64,000 nt of DNA, from the NCBI GenBank assembly GCA_024704765.1, contig JAKMXF010000199.1, positions 62,001 to 126,000 of the forward strand, given 5' to 3'. This DNA is from Oopsacas minuta. Taxonomy: Eukaryota > Animalia > Porifera. Each line of letters starts with the position of its first letter. The stretch's first letter is position 1. Positions 41,454-55,090 of the stretch are shown piece after piece. The notes beneath the pieces were generated by a model. It searched no databases. It was not told the origin of the DNA and saw nothing but the letters and a program-made list of their open reading frames with translations. The position numbers and the translations under genes were made by a program.

Positions 41454-42383
41454 AGGTGTGACAGCCTATTCTTTCTGAATTACAAAACGGTGGAAAGGGT
41501 GACATGGAGAGGGGAAGGGGTCAAATTTAGCGTTAGGCAACATTTGAACGGCCTCTATAGATTGGTTTCAAAAGTTGATGTAAAATTGAATAGAATTTGG
41601 CCATAATTCAAATGGAATAAGGAACTGAATTGAGGGGTACTCTCACACACTTATTAAATAAGATCACCATGGATAAACAGTAAAACAAAAGGCTGGCGTT
41701 ATGCAGTCGCACATGTGGCACATGCCTATCGCCGGCCCTGTGCATGGGTAATCATGTACGCTGAATCCGAAATTCGCATATCTAAGCTTCTCATGTGAAA
41801 AGACATTGTTGTTTTTATGATTCTAAAGTAAAAATTTCTAAATAATTCCAGAAACTTAGTTTCAACACTTATTCTAGGGTAGTGGAGTACGCTATTCAAA
41901 TATCATATTGTCAACAACTTATTGTGAATATTCGTATAATAGAAAATTGCGCAAGCGCTATTAAAACGATGTCCGATTGTATTGAAATCGGAATACGAGG
42001 TTGGACAATGGACATCAACTTTCCAAAAAATTTTGGGACTCCTACGTGCTCAGCCAATATTGATATAACGGTACTAGTTCTAATTCAGACGCCGTAGTTT
42101 TAATAATTTCGCTTTCTAGAAGCGCCATTATTATTAACAAATAAATATGATTGGTTCCAGACGGCGCTTCAACCCAGGTTTCTGACAAAGTGCAACTGTA
42201 AGCCCTAATTATGAAAGCGACCCAAAATAATAATTAATCCTTAGTGGGTACACCATTGGTGAGCAAGATTCCATCCGGATTTTTGATAATTCACTTGGAA
42301 ATTGGTTAATTTTGAAAAGTTGCTAAACATGTAAACCAAGTTTTATCAAAAGGATAAGAAAGAGATTATAATAAGATACTAAC

Positions 42384-42590
42384 CTCAAGGCCACTATTGT
42401 CTAGTATAAAACCAGCTTCCCATGTAAGGTAACATTCATCATAGGTCGCACACAACAAATTCCGAGATTTGATTTCATTCAAATCATCGGGAGCTATGAT
42501 TACATCAAATCTATCTCCACAAACATCACGAGAGAAACAAGGAATGATGAGCAGTGAGATAAAAATGAAGAGAAGTTCATTAATTATCAT
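42384..42590 (-). CDS. Probable first coding exon of secreted tandem-repeat protein gene (MIINELLFIFISLLIIPCFS-RDVCGDRF...DLNEIK...CATYDECYL...FILDNSGLE)
   Basis: ATG at 42590, hydrophobic signal-peptide-like stretch, half repeat unit, donor GAG|GTTAGT (phase 0) joining exon 2 in frame. Confidence 0.82.
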
Positions 42591-43841
42591 GGGAGAAATC
42601 TGATCAATTAGATTCAAAGTGTTCTAACAGTAAAAATATCACAAAAAATAGATGAAATATAAACCAACGGCGTAAAGAAACAAGGTGGAAGAATATTAGA
42701 AATGTGCTAATATAGGATAAATATAAGAGATATTCAGTTGTGACTATTTCATTGTGTATACTCAGTTTCTAAGCAACTAGACATAAACAAATAATTATTA
42801 GTCAAGTATCTAATATAAAAAGACAATTGCACTAGCCATTATTTCAGGACCAGGGATTGGTCAACACAAGCTGTAAGTGGCTGTTACCTTAGAGTCAATA
42901 TTATAGTTTGAAGGTTTTAGTAAATCGTTGACCAAAAACAGTGTTCACAGTTGAGTCTAGGGATTCTAAAGATTCTACAGACAACAAACTACGTATCTTG
43001 TATGCTTCCAGCAATTAAGATTGGATGTTGATAAACACGCAACGGATAATACAAATTCTATTACGTCATTTCTCACTTTCATGCATCCTTATACAGGGAC
43101 GTCGGAAGCAACTAATTATTGGTACGGCGAGGTACATTGTATTGGGACGGCATTCATCACATCTGACCATTAATAATAATAGAAATTATGAATTATTGGT
43201 GCTGCGAACGCCACATCTGCCACACCGGCTCCTATGGCCCTGTTATAGAATAACTAAAAATCCTGGCGAGGACCCTGATTACCCTACGTCATACACCCCA
43301 AGTGACCAGTATTGGTAGCAATAACTTGTTTTCCAAATTGTATATTTTTGAATTATCTAGTAAATTTGCAACTTATCGGCTCAATCTTATGTTAGGGTCG
43401 TATCATGGTCAGTTTTCCGAAAAGTGAATAAATTTCAGGAAAGTGATCAGAAAATGACCGTGAACGTGATCACGATCCTTTTTGCGGAAGAATCGGATCA
43501 TGATATTCGATCATTTTTTGATGAATGATCGTGATCGCGATCATTAAATTTCGTGATTGGCTAACATGTAGTACAATATGTGGTACATCAATAGAATATT
43601 GGGCAGCATGGGATCAAATGCAGGGCTCTCATTTCACGATTTCGGGCCTTTAAATACAGTACAATCACTTCTCGAAGAAAGTAATACTAAATTGCACATA
43701 ATGGTGAGATTTTGAAGGTTTTCAGGTTGAGAGCCTGCAAATGTGAAAATCGTTTGAGGCTTGTCAAAACGGAGTTAAAATATTTGCATTGCTGAGAATA
43801 CACTCAATATTACAACATTGTGATTTCATATGAAGTGGCGC

Positions 43842-44199
43842 CAGGGGCGGATTTACCATGGAGTGGCCCGAAGGCTGGACCATACAAGTGGCCCAGAACA
43901 TGATCGACAGTGGTCGGTGCCCCCCAAATTTAAATTATTTTACAAACTAGAAAGTGGTATATTTTACAGTGCAGGGGTCTCTGTCAATATTGGGCGGGAA
44001 TACATGACTGAGCTGAAGTGGCATGATGGTTAATATAACATATTTTAAAGTAAACAATGAATAAAATCAACTAATCTATTACATCAAATTTCTAATTTAG
44101 AAATTTAGTCTCTAAGAACGACCCTTTTATAAGTGGCCCGTCCACCTGGTGTGGCCCGAAGCCTATAGCCTACTTAGCCTAATGGTAAATCCGGCACTG
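43842..44199. mobile_element. hAT-type MITE, 358 bp
   Basis: Exact 8-bp TSD AGTGGCGC; TIR caggggcggatttacca / tggtaaatccggcactg (15/17). Confidence 0.88.
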
Positions 44200-46472
44200 A
44201 GTGGCGCTTACATATTTGATGTGCCACTTATGACACAGAAATTAATGGGCCAATAAATCAGCCGCAGTTGTTCCTAACCTTTCGAAAATTTGATCCCAGG
44301 GTAATTCAGACCCGTAGAATTGATAAATGGCACATCATAATTTACTCTATCTCAATTGAAATTCGTGCTAGAACAATTCGATAATTTATGAAGTCAGTAG
44401 CTATTTAAATTAGATAGGTGTGATGGATTAGGGAATGATGGGTTAAATATCGACATATTTGATCCGAATGATGTCAATTAACATTGTTTCATAGGTTCAT
44501 CAAGTATATTATCTTATACATACGAAAATTCCCGCCATATTTCCCGAAGCAATAATTGAAAATTGGTTGTCAAATAGTTACGAATGATTTTTATTACTTC
44601 GATTTGTATTGCCTAAAATTGTCCGACTGAGACGAAATTTATATTTCACTTTTACTGGGCACCACATACTGTAGTACAAAGGAATTAGGGGCCTCACCAA
44701 CACTGATTACCCTGGGACTCCACCACTACTAATCCGGCCCTGCCAGTAAGCAAGGGGTCTCTCGATAGGGTTAGGACTGAATTTGAGAATGGGATGTTGC
44801 GACATTCCTGAGTTATAAGGAAAAAATTTTCTCGAACATATTCGAGTGAAATCTTTCACTGATTACGAATCAAAATTCGTTTCGATTCTAACTGAATGAA
44901 TTATATGCATTTAAAACCTTTAAAATGTGTCCAAAAGTAAATACAACTGTATGTGTATCACATTCCTGAACTGCGATGTAGTGGCCCCCTTCTAAAAAGT
45001 TCAAGCACACACTAGTACATCTTTGGACCAAATTTACTCGTCACTGTTTTAGCGCTAACAGCCCTGACTATATATAGTAACTTGAAAGAAGTAGTAGTTT
45101 CATAATAAATATCACTATTCAAGCGCAACGTTTCGAAATGCTCATTTTTCCCAGTAAATAGGACTACGCATAGGCGGATCCAGGGCGGCAGGGGCATGGG
45201 CCCCCTTCGAGTGCAAAGACAGTCAATTTACTCTCATACCTGCCAACTTATTTCCTCTTTATGAGAGTTAATTGCAAACGTGAATAGAAAAGCTAGGCAT
45301 ACATGAGTTGTCATCTATCCAGGCATCCAGGAATAGACCCAGAACTAGTTCGTAATTCATAGGTTAACCTAACATTTATGAGCCCAATGATTCTATGGAC
45401 AAGCAATTAACAAGTATTTTCGGGGACGGTCTGGCTCAATAATTCGGCCCAAGAAATTTTAAACCGGCCCACTTCACTAAAAATAGAAACTGAAAGTCAA
45501 ACATATCTTGGTGATTTGTATAGAATTGATTGAGGAACTGGTAAGTAAGAGCTAGAGACTAGTTATTTATCAGGTGTCTGGAATGTGATAAAATCCTAAG
45601 ATCTAAATGAGATCTCTAATAACTCTATGTTGATAGGTGTCAAAATATCTTGTCCTTGCAGATATGAGGGTTTATGTCCGTTTTTCAATTGGGATAGTCT
45701 TGCATTATCAAATTTTATATTCTAACAGGTGCTGATTAAAATGCAAAAAACGCCGAGCTCGCGACCTCTACTGTAGCCCAGACAGACTGATAAGGAGTGA
45801 ATATATTTGGAAAATTAGATAATCGGAATAAATTGAATATAGGAAATGGGCAAAATAATCATTATAGCGAGCAGACCTTGAAAATACTCTCATATTTTTT
45901 ACCGTTATTTAACAGTTCTATGGTGATTTGTAATATTCTTACACTGCACAGAAGGGTTTATAAGCAGCGCACTGGCACATCGACCCACCGGCTCACTGGA
46001 AATCTCCAGTTCTCCCAGTAGGTCAGCCCGTCCCTGACTATTATATTGTTAGATGACATACAACTTAATAGTTTGTAGAGAACAAAATAGTTCAGAATTA
46101 GCGTTTACAATCCCGGTGTAACAGCCTAGATTAGCCTCCCCACCCAGTTTAACCCCGGGTATAGTCTGGGCTAGCCTAGATTAACCCCCAGGTATAAACT
46201 GGGCTAGGCCAGATTAAGCCCCGGGGTTAATATAGGCTAGCCCAGAGTATACCCTTTAGCCCAGATTAACCCCAGGTATAGTCTGGGCTAGCCCAGATTC
46301 TACCCCTGAGTTAATAGTCAACAAATTATGATGTTATCTGCTTGTAGAATACAAGTGATGTGTGTGGCGGTGACACTTACAATGTCTATATTAGTGTTTC
46401 AACTATTATAAATATACTAGAAGAGCATATGTACTTATTTGATCTATCAATTATATTTACTGCATTGTTTTG

Positions 46473-46770
46473 ATGGATGATCAACTCTACAATCAAATAT
46501 TGCATTTTTTTATATCCAACGAAAACAAATATCCAGGAGAGATCTATAAACTTCCAGCTGAAAAACGAGTCAATGCGAAATCACAATTCAGACAAACTGT
46601 TAAGCCATATACTTTGAAGGATGGGGTTCTGATGCATGCTGAAAAGCAAGTGTTACGAAAAAGTGGAGTGGACGCAGTACTTAAAATGTGTCATGATAAC
46701 CCTGTAACCGGTGGTCATTTTGGTCGTGACAAAACCTACCAAAAGATCGCATCAAGATTCTACTGGAAAG
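46473..46770 (+). CDS. Ginger transposase exon 1 (YP..Y-like motif and first half of the H2C2 zinc finger: CHDNPVTGGHFGRDKTYQKIASRFYWK)
   Basis: ATG at 46473; donor AAA G|GTAAAT (phase 1). Confidence 0.88.
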
Positions 46771-47029
46771 GTAAATATTTACTAATACTTAATTTAACAT
46801 TCAATCCGGGAGCAAACTTTCGCACTCAATGGGTAACTCAATGCCACTGTTGGCATATTAAAGCTTAAGTAAATTCCTTAATTAGGTGATAAAACTTACC
46901 TACAATCAATTGTTAGACCGTTGTTAATACATTTGGGTTTATTTTTTCAATAGATGTTGTCAAATTCCCAAGATTTGGAATTGTAAACAAATTTCACAAA
47001 GTTTCATGATTCCCAAATGTATTCTTTAG

Positions 47030-48636
47030 GTATGAAGCAAGAAATTGAAATATATTGTAAACAATGCATCAAGTGTTTTGAAGTCAACCCAAAACTTAAG
47101 ATGGACCGTCCTCCACTGTCTTCGATACGCGTACCATCTCAAGTATGGAGTCTTGTAGGAATTGATCTCATCGGGCCCTTACAGGAGTCTACAAGTGGCA
47201 ACAAATATATTGTAGCTATTTCAGACCACTTTTCCAAGTGGTCAGAAGCTAGTGCCATTCCTGACAAAACTTCTAAATCTGTAGCTGATTTTCTATACCT
47301 AGTAGTTTGCAGATTGGGATGTATGGACACACTTATAAGTGATCAGGGAAGAGAGTTTGTGAACGAAGTTATTGATTATCTCCTTGACATTCTGCAGACT
47401 GAGCATCGAATTTCTTCTGCTTATCATCCTGAAACAAATGGACAACGGGAGAGAGATAACCGTACCCTGAAATCTGCATTGGTGAAATTGGTAAATGAAA
47501 GAGGTGATGATTGGGATATGTATATCCCAGGAATACTATTTGCTTATCACACAAGCATTCATGCTTCTACGAAATGTACTCCATTTCAAGCGATGTATTG
47601 TCGTAGTGCGAAGCTACCAATTGATTTATCCATTAAACCTCCAAAATCAATTGAGCAGGCGAATCCAAAAGTTTTACAGGCGTTTGGCATGATGCGTGAA
47701 GCTATCAACGCCAAAATTGATCTTAATATCACAAACGCGCAGAAACACCAAAATCGCAACTTTGATAACCGTCATTCTAATAGTAAAGTGTTATCACCTG
47801 GCGCAACTGTGTACATAAAAAACAGCAAGCAAATACATCGAATGGGATCGAAAATGGAACCACGCTGGATAGGTCCTTACAAAATCATTGAGTTGCTAGA
47901 TAAAGGACGTGCAATCCTAGAGAATATTAACACAGGTAAGAAACTAAAAAATATATATAATATTGCAAATTTTAAGGTTTATGATACAAATAACAAAGAT
48001 GAAGATGCTAAATCAATGAAAAAGAAAACAATTTCCATATCACATTCCAAGATTAAGAAACTAGAGTGTAAGGATGAGCTAGTTTTAATTGGAGTTAAAC
48101 AAGGAGTCAAACAATTCAACCCAAACAGACTGTTTTCTCCAATTTCCGCTGATTCTAGAAAAAATGTTGCCAAAGTTCTCAACTTGAACATATGCAAGAC
48201 CCAATACTTTGGAAAACCTGGCTTCCTATCTAAACCCGCGCGGATATACAGAACTAAAGGTGATGGTAATTGCTATTTCCGATCAATAAGCTACATCCTA
48301 ACAGGTTCAGAAGATAGCCATATTATAATTCGTAATAAAGTCGTCCATCACATGAGTGGTAGTTTGAGTGAAACACTAAGAAAGTATCTTTCTCAAACGG
48401 TTGCCAATTATGTCAGCGAAAGTGCCATTGACTCCAGTGGTGTTTGGGCAACCGAGGCAGAAATACTGGCCACAGCTAATCTTATTCAACATGATATCGT
48501 TGTGTATGCAAAGAGTGGGGATTCAATGGAATGGCTTACATACCCTGCATCTTTTACATTGACAGAAACAACAGAAACTGCATTGTATCTGGAAAATTTA
48601 GCTGAACACTTCAACGTAGTCATTAATATACAATGA
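47030..48636 (+). CDS. Ginger transposase exon 2: rest of H2C2, DDE integrase core, GPY motif, C-terminal OTU cysteine protease; spliced product 634 aa
   Basis: Acceptor ttctttAG|GT ATG gives YWKGMKQEIEIYCKQCIKC; GIDLIGP (D), ISDQGREF (D), HPETNGQRER (E), PRWIGPY, KGDGNCYFRSIS and EHFNVV; no stops. Confidence 0.92.
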
Positions 48637-51600
48637 TACTAGAAACATAGACAATATTTTCCTATCTGTTCATTAGTACCATAGATTCATTATTGTATTA
48701 GCAGATGATTTAAAAGAACTATTAATCACTATAATCTCATTGGAAATATTTACACAGGGTATAAACTAGGCTAGGCTAGTTTATACCCAGGGGGTTAATT
48801 TGGGCTAGGCTAGTTTATACTCAGGGGGTTAATCTAGGCTAGGCTAGTTTATACCCTGGGGGTTAATCTAGGCTCAGAAGGTATAATCTGGGCTAGCCCA
48901 GTTTAAACCATGGGGTATAATCTAGGCTAGCCTAGTTTATACCCGGGTATATTCTGGCGGGAGGTTAATCTAGGCTGCTACACCGGTATCTCGGGATTAG
49001 AAATGATATTAATTAAACAGTAGTATAAGTATGAAATAGAACATTTTTGGATTAGTTATTTCTAATAGCATGAATGATGAATGAATGAGCAAATATAACA
49101 TGATTAAATTTGGCAGAATTATTTTTGCTGTGCCGACTATACCATTACATAGTATAGTGGCTCAGTTCTAAAATGGTTGGCTTAGTATATATATATATAT
49201 AGACATTATACCGATATTTATGGATATTGAGACGGATTTCCAGAAAATATATCTATATCCATAAGTATATGATTTATATACTGTCCAAATATCGTATTTA
49301 TTTATAAAGTGTCTCTATATCTCGAAATATTATTTAGATTTAGGTAATGTTTCATTATGTAGAATTATGCAGCATACTTATAAAAATTATGACTTCGAAA
49401 GATGTCGTATTGAGGGGTACCCATGATCAAAATGTCGATACAATTTGGTCTAAGACTTGAACTAGTCCGAGTCAGGCCCAAATTACCACTGCAGGCAAAA
49501 AATCAACCCGATGGTCTTCCAGTTTCTTCAATTCATCCTGGACATACAAACAGATTAATTGCGATTTAATAGTATAGATAGACATATGAATGATTAGAAT
49601 GGAAATACAATGACATATTTCATATTTTAGAATTCTTTTGATATATAATGAAACCTCCTTCTCTACTCTTTCGAATGATATCAAATTTGATTCGATCGAT
49701 CTCGGGAAGTGGGTCAAATATTGATTAATGTGTCCACGGTTGAAAACTAAGCCAACTTCACACTCGTCGTTTTATCTCTCCCTGATCCATAAAATTACTG
49801 TAGTTTCCAGTCCATACACAAGTAGTTCACACTGAAATGTAACACCCCTGCTAATGCTAGAACCAGAGGGCCTAATGAATAACAGATAACGGATGTCGTG
49901 TCATGGATTTGGATGGATTCGGATTTATAATATCAAAAAGCCATGGATTTCGGATAGATTTGGATTCTCTGAAGTCCAAAGGAATTCATCCAATCCATAC
50001 TATTCATAGGTTTCATAGATTTTGCAAGATTTTATTTTGATAATCGTATTTCATATGAATATGGAATGGATTAATTGATTTTTGGGAAACGGATTACGGA
50101 TTGGATTTGAATATGATTTGGATCTATTCGTGCCACTGGCTAGAAGAATTCAATATTTATCATCAGCTAATAACATAGCCTTATGTTTTGTAGAAGTCAC
50201 ATGACTTCATGGGACAGGGACATGCATACAACTTACGTTGGCACATAATTAAACCGTAACAATATGTACTGCTCGGTCATGACAAAGAGAAACTGATTCG
50301 ATGAAAAACTACTACTATCATTACAATTGGGAGAATCACTATTTAAAAAGTTAAAATTAATTGCATATGCCAAAGGGTCCCAATTAGTATATTCTGTTGT
50401 CAAAACGCGCAAAGATTTGATAATACTTCTTCAAAATCAATATAAATACATTGCAATAGTTAAAGAGACAACATTCTATTGTCTCTTTGTACGTTGTCAA
50501 GGAAAGGATTAATGGAGTGCTATATTGAATTCGATTGTCACAATTCTGAGTTATCGCATAACTATGTATAACTACTGTCTACCAAGATCGTAAAGAGAAT
50601 TCATGGCGCCGAACACGGGGGACTGGGGGCAGCTCGAGTCCCCCTTGTTTGTTTACTGCTTTATAGAGCTAATAGAAAATATATTCGTAAGCCCAACACT
50701 GATCGATCAATTTGTTAGAAACTTTGGCCTCCGTGCAACAAAGCATTGTGAATCTTTGTTTTGTTTGGGTAAATAGCACTGATATAGTCTCATAAACTTG
50801 GTTTCAACGGGACGGTTATACTACGGTGATCTTTTAAGCAGATTCATAATTGAGCACTTAAAGTTACTCAATAGAAATCATTGTGGTTTCAATAAAATTA
50901 ATCCTAGGCACAAAGTGCTGATTAATCTATATGGGAGCATAGACAATTCGCAAGCCGCGCAGGGCTAGCAAGTGAAGTACTCGTGCAAGATAATTTCGAG
51001 CAAAATATGCTAAATCTATATTAAAAGGGTCAATATACGTTTCAACCAAATATTGGAACAAATTGTTCTTTGTTTTAAATGAACTAGCCCTCATCCTTGA
51101 CCCAAGAAAGAAAGTATTAGAAAATTCGGCAACAGGAAAGGATTAGTAAGGATAAATCTAAGTGGTCCAAGACACATTTTGACTACATGTATAGTGCATA
51201 TAACTCCTTATGTTTGAATCAAAAAGAAAAATTATTGTCGTTATTCTTAATAATCGAATTGGAGTGGTGACTGGAAAATTTATGGGATTATTTTTTCCCT
51301 ATTAACGCAGGAATGTGGGAACTTCCCATTTTTTAAAATTTGTCCTAACCATATCGAGTGACCCCTTGTTCGACGTAGCTAGGCTAGCTAAGTCTAGTTT
51401 GAATTTCGGCCTCTAAATGTCCTTTAACACGATTTTGCTAAATCAGCCCCCGTGGCCTCCTAATTTCTTGCTATTTTTCACATATTTCATACTGATAGTA
51501 CATGATTTCATGACCTGTTCCTGAGAAATTATTTCCTTAAAAGTAAAATCATCAATTATGAAGCAAATCACGCTGAATTATCAAGTTTTCATGTGATGGT

Positions 51601-51800
51601 GATAATAAATTTCTTAATTTGGGTAGTCTAGTAACTCCACACTATGGTAATTCCCAAAATGTGTTTCTTTCGGACGGACCTTTCCCTACTATCTATCCAG
51701 TTGGAACTATGAGCATTATGACTGAGACACGCAGTCGAAAGATTGGTGGATAAAGCCATATTCGAACAAAATATATTTCAAGAGTCTCCATAGTATGCAG

Positions 51801-52672
51801 TAGGGATGGTAACCGGTTAATTGAATTTCATCTATATTCGATAACCGGTTAATTAGTTCATGTTTTAATTTAAGTTTTGAATCAAGTTTTGAACCAATTC
51901 AGACAAAACAATATTCAGATTCATTTCATCGTAAATCCATTTAAGTATATTCGATTAATATATATTTGTTACTAATTTTAAATCAGTTACTCTTTCTCAG
52001 CACTATATTCGTGTACAGATAATCTAAGTCTATCACTTCATAAAATAATGTTCACCACTCAACAATAAAAAATATTATGTAAATTACAGGTTTATAACTC
52101 TAAGAGCAAGATATGCGGTACCAGATATGCTTTCCTAGTTGTATCTGTTCACTTTGTTCTAAACTTTTTTCTCAAATTCCTTTAGATTGTATTTTTACAT
52201 TATGGCTAAGAGATCTGAAGTGTAGATGCATTTTATTAGGAATTTAGAAGAGGCAAGATGTCGAATTTGTCAGAAAACAATAAGTTGTAAAGGTGGGAGC
52301 ACAACAGGCTTAAGAAATCACCTCATGGTGCATGATATCTAACCATGCAAGATTCAAAGGAAGACACTATTCCCAAAAGACATGCTGCACAAAATTCGAT
52401 TACTTTATTTTCAAAAAAGGAAACTTTAGATGAAGTGATTGCTAGGTTAGCGGCAGAAGACGGTTTCAGTTATTCAAAGATATGCCAAAGTAAATTTATT
52501 TGGTCTGCTTAGCGAGATAAAGGTTCACGCCGATTAGGGATCACAAAACATTTTCTCAATGAATACTCAGATATGACAAGTTAGCAAAAGAAAAGATGAC
52601 TTCACAGTTACAAGCCTTACTTCTCAATGATGAACGGCTCAGCGTAACCTTAGATGAGTATACCTCCATTCA
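51801..52672 (+). mobile_element. 5' fragment of a BED-finger hAT transposon
   Basis: tagggatggtaaccggttaa end; ATG 52202 MAKRSEV*MHF...ARCRICQKTISCKGGSTTGLRNHLMVH (BED finger), later LSVTLDEYTS; stops, then truncation. Confidence 0.75.
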
Positions 52673-55090
52673 GGGTACAATTGCAGAATCTTACACCCCC
52701 TCAACATTTTTAATGTGGTCAAAAATCCCTATATGCACTGTTCAAGAATTCGTTGAGACCTAAACAGCATCGTCATGTGCATATGAGAATTATATCCTGT
52801 TGTGTAATTTAGTTGTTAATATATATAGTATTACTTTGTTAAGAATAGTTACATTATACACTCTTACATCACATACTTGCTAAATGTTAGCATAAGCTAT
52901 TCTAAGGGATATTGAAACTAGTAAAATGCGCCCATATTGCCTTGAATTACTGCCCCTAGAGCATAGGGTGGCTTGAAATAAATACTCACCCCAGCTAACA
53001 TTAGAAGTTATGTAGTGTTGTTAACAGAATACTTGTTTATTGTTAACGACATACTATTATTAGCTGTGAACAGTAACAATTGCAACTTCCGTTGGCCAAT
53101 AACAGCTATTGCCGGGCTGTTTCTATTCCTGTCGTATTGATGTCGTGATCCCTGTGTAAGCGCAGGAAGTATTTCAGATCATACATATTACAAATAATTT
53201 TTACACAAACGAGCTGAAGAACTAGTTCAACGAAGAGATTACTATTTGCAGACAGTTTACATGCAAATGGACAGAAACAATAATACATAAAAAGTCCCAC
53301 TGCAACAATTCAACTTGTGCTTTTAACATCAGCCCAGACCCAGGAGCAACCACAACACTATCTAATCCCGTTCCTATATCGCTAGCGTATAGACTCAAAG
53401 GTACCTAAAACAGCAAACGCGTTTGCACCTGGATAACAACATGAATTCTAAGTTGGATCCGGTCATTTGCAGCTAGAAAATGGATGAATAAACGTATTAA
53501 TTATGAAGGTTGTCGCATGCCTCCTTTTGTTGCTTCTAGGGTTTCTGAAGCCAGTGTGATAAAATGACAAGCAAGGGAGCCAGTCCTACTTAGGTTAAAT
53601 ATATAAATTTGGGATATTTCTAAGCAACAAATGAATCCTAGTTAAGATATCTTTGAAATGTACTTGATGATTATTTGGCAACATTAATAGTGCATAACAC
53701 CTATTGTTAGGATAGCTGGATGTGGTCCAAGTGGTATTTTTTGGCTAGATGAGGCCAAGACCTACCGTTTCCTTTTTAAAGCTAAGCGATGCGAATTATA
53801 GTTTTCGAGATATACGGTGTGACCAGGTTTTCGCCCCTTTGGGAACCAGGCCACGCCAGGTTTAAATTGACCGTTCTTAATAGTAATGACTACAAATTAC
53901 GCAAACTAATAAATTCATAAAAGAATCAATCAACTGACGCAAGCGTTGATAACCGCAAGATTGATTATATGTGCATTCCTATGGTAGTTTGTATAGAATT
54001 CATCAGCATTATTTCAGTAGAGTGGCTAGTACAATTTTCTCCATAGGATTTGGCTTATTTAGGAGATTTTTCGGAACTTCGTCAGTTTTCATCCGATTTT
54101 TGAGTTCGAAAGCTCTATCAGCTTCTCTCAACGAGTTCTTCAACGGTGCATATAGCGATTTTTGACTACATTAAAAAAGTTGGGGGGTGTCGGATTCTAT
54201 AGTTGTACCTTGTTATCAACAACTCATTTACACATCGTGAAACTCATTCAAAACTTAGTTGTTTAAATTCACGATGAGTTGATACAGCTTCGCTCATGAT
54301 TGTAAATACGTAGGATTGCTTCTCAGGACAGTTAACGTCCCTTATATATTATTTATTCCTAAACTCTAATTAATATATTCTGAATTCAAATGGATTATTT
54401 ATCGATATCTTTAGGATACATTCATTGAACGCAAATGGACTGATATTATGCAGATAACACACGCATCGTCTCTCAACCGTGAATATGCCCTCGTAAACAC
54501 AGAAAGGATTTTATCTTTACTGACAAATACATCATCGGAAATATTAATTGGCCTGGTCTTCCCAAAACGGAACTGTGGGTCTATTTTTGAGCGTTGGTCG
54601 CTGGAATTGGATGAAGAATTCGTGATCTTGGAAAACCTTGCTTAAAGGCAGTATACAAAATAAAACTAACACCTTACACTTTGAACGTCGCAGTCCTCAA
54701 ATGGGGAACATCACTAGAGGAGTGTGGCTTCATAAGCTGGATTGACGATGATGTTATCTATTTCATTGATAATGATCACATTTTCGAAATGCTCAGAATT
54801 TCATTCATACTGTCATGGTAGAGAACAAAAAATTTGCAATTAAATAGAGAAGCTTCCCAGAACGCCGTCGAATTGCAGGAAATCATGGGAATATTAGATA
54901 TACCACCAACAGGATCCTAGGATTATCCACTAAGTGACTCAATTCTCCAGGAAAATATTTGCAACGTTTCTGATCCTCTCTTGAATGTATCCACTAGTAT
55001 ACCGGCACTTACCAATTCGTCTGTCCCTCATAATACTGACACAACTACCGAGCAACTGTGATTATCGACTGATAAAATCCTCCAAGGGAA

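Larger units (their letters stand above)
46117..48982 (+). mobile_element. Ginger1-type DNA transposon, 2866 bp, apparently intact
   Basis: TGT...ACA termini; TIR tgta(a/g)cagcctagatta(g/a)cctccc followed by ~200 bp of repeat arrays; exact 4-bp TSD CCGG (46113-46116, 48983-48986); Gypsy-like integrase with no RT, gag or LTR. Confidence 0.92.

Noticed and set aside
46117-48982. Gypsy LTR retrotransposon
   Set aside because: Ends are inverted rather than direct, there is no gag/protease/RT/RNase H, and the ORF has a spliceosomal intron; fits Ginger1
46109-48998. Ginger target site lies in a 7-bp inverted repeat (aatcccg...cgggatt) once the element is removed
   Set aside because: A single short palindrome can arise by chance; needs many insertion sites to mean anything
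49472-49717. Minus-strand ORF with an internal ccAG|GAT GAA acceptor-like site
   Set aside because: Only 21 codons to a stop, no homology recognised, no partner exon
53106-53410. Possible minus-strand exon (ttttAG|GTA...SLYASDIGTG) faintly like an SLC5 transporter segment
   Set aside because: Similarity limited to about ten residues, the frame ends in a stop, and no partner exons were found
54640-54830. Possible integrase zinc-finger (KRBA2-like) fragment (DDDVIYFIDNDHIFEML)
   Set aside because: Too short and degenerate; the expected GHGG motif is not readable
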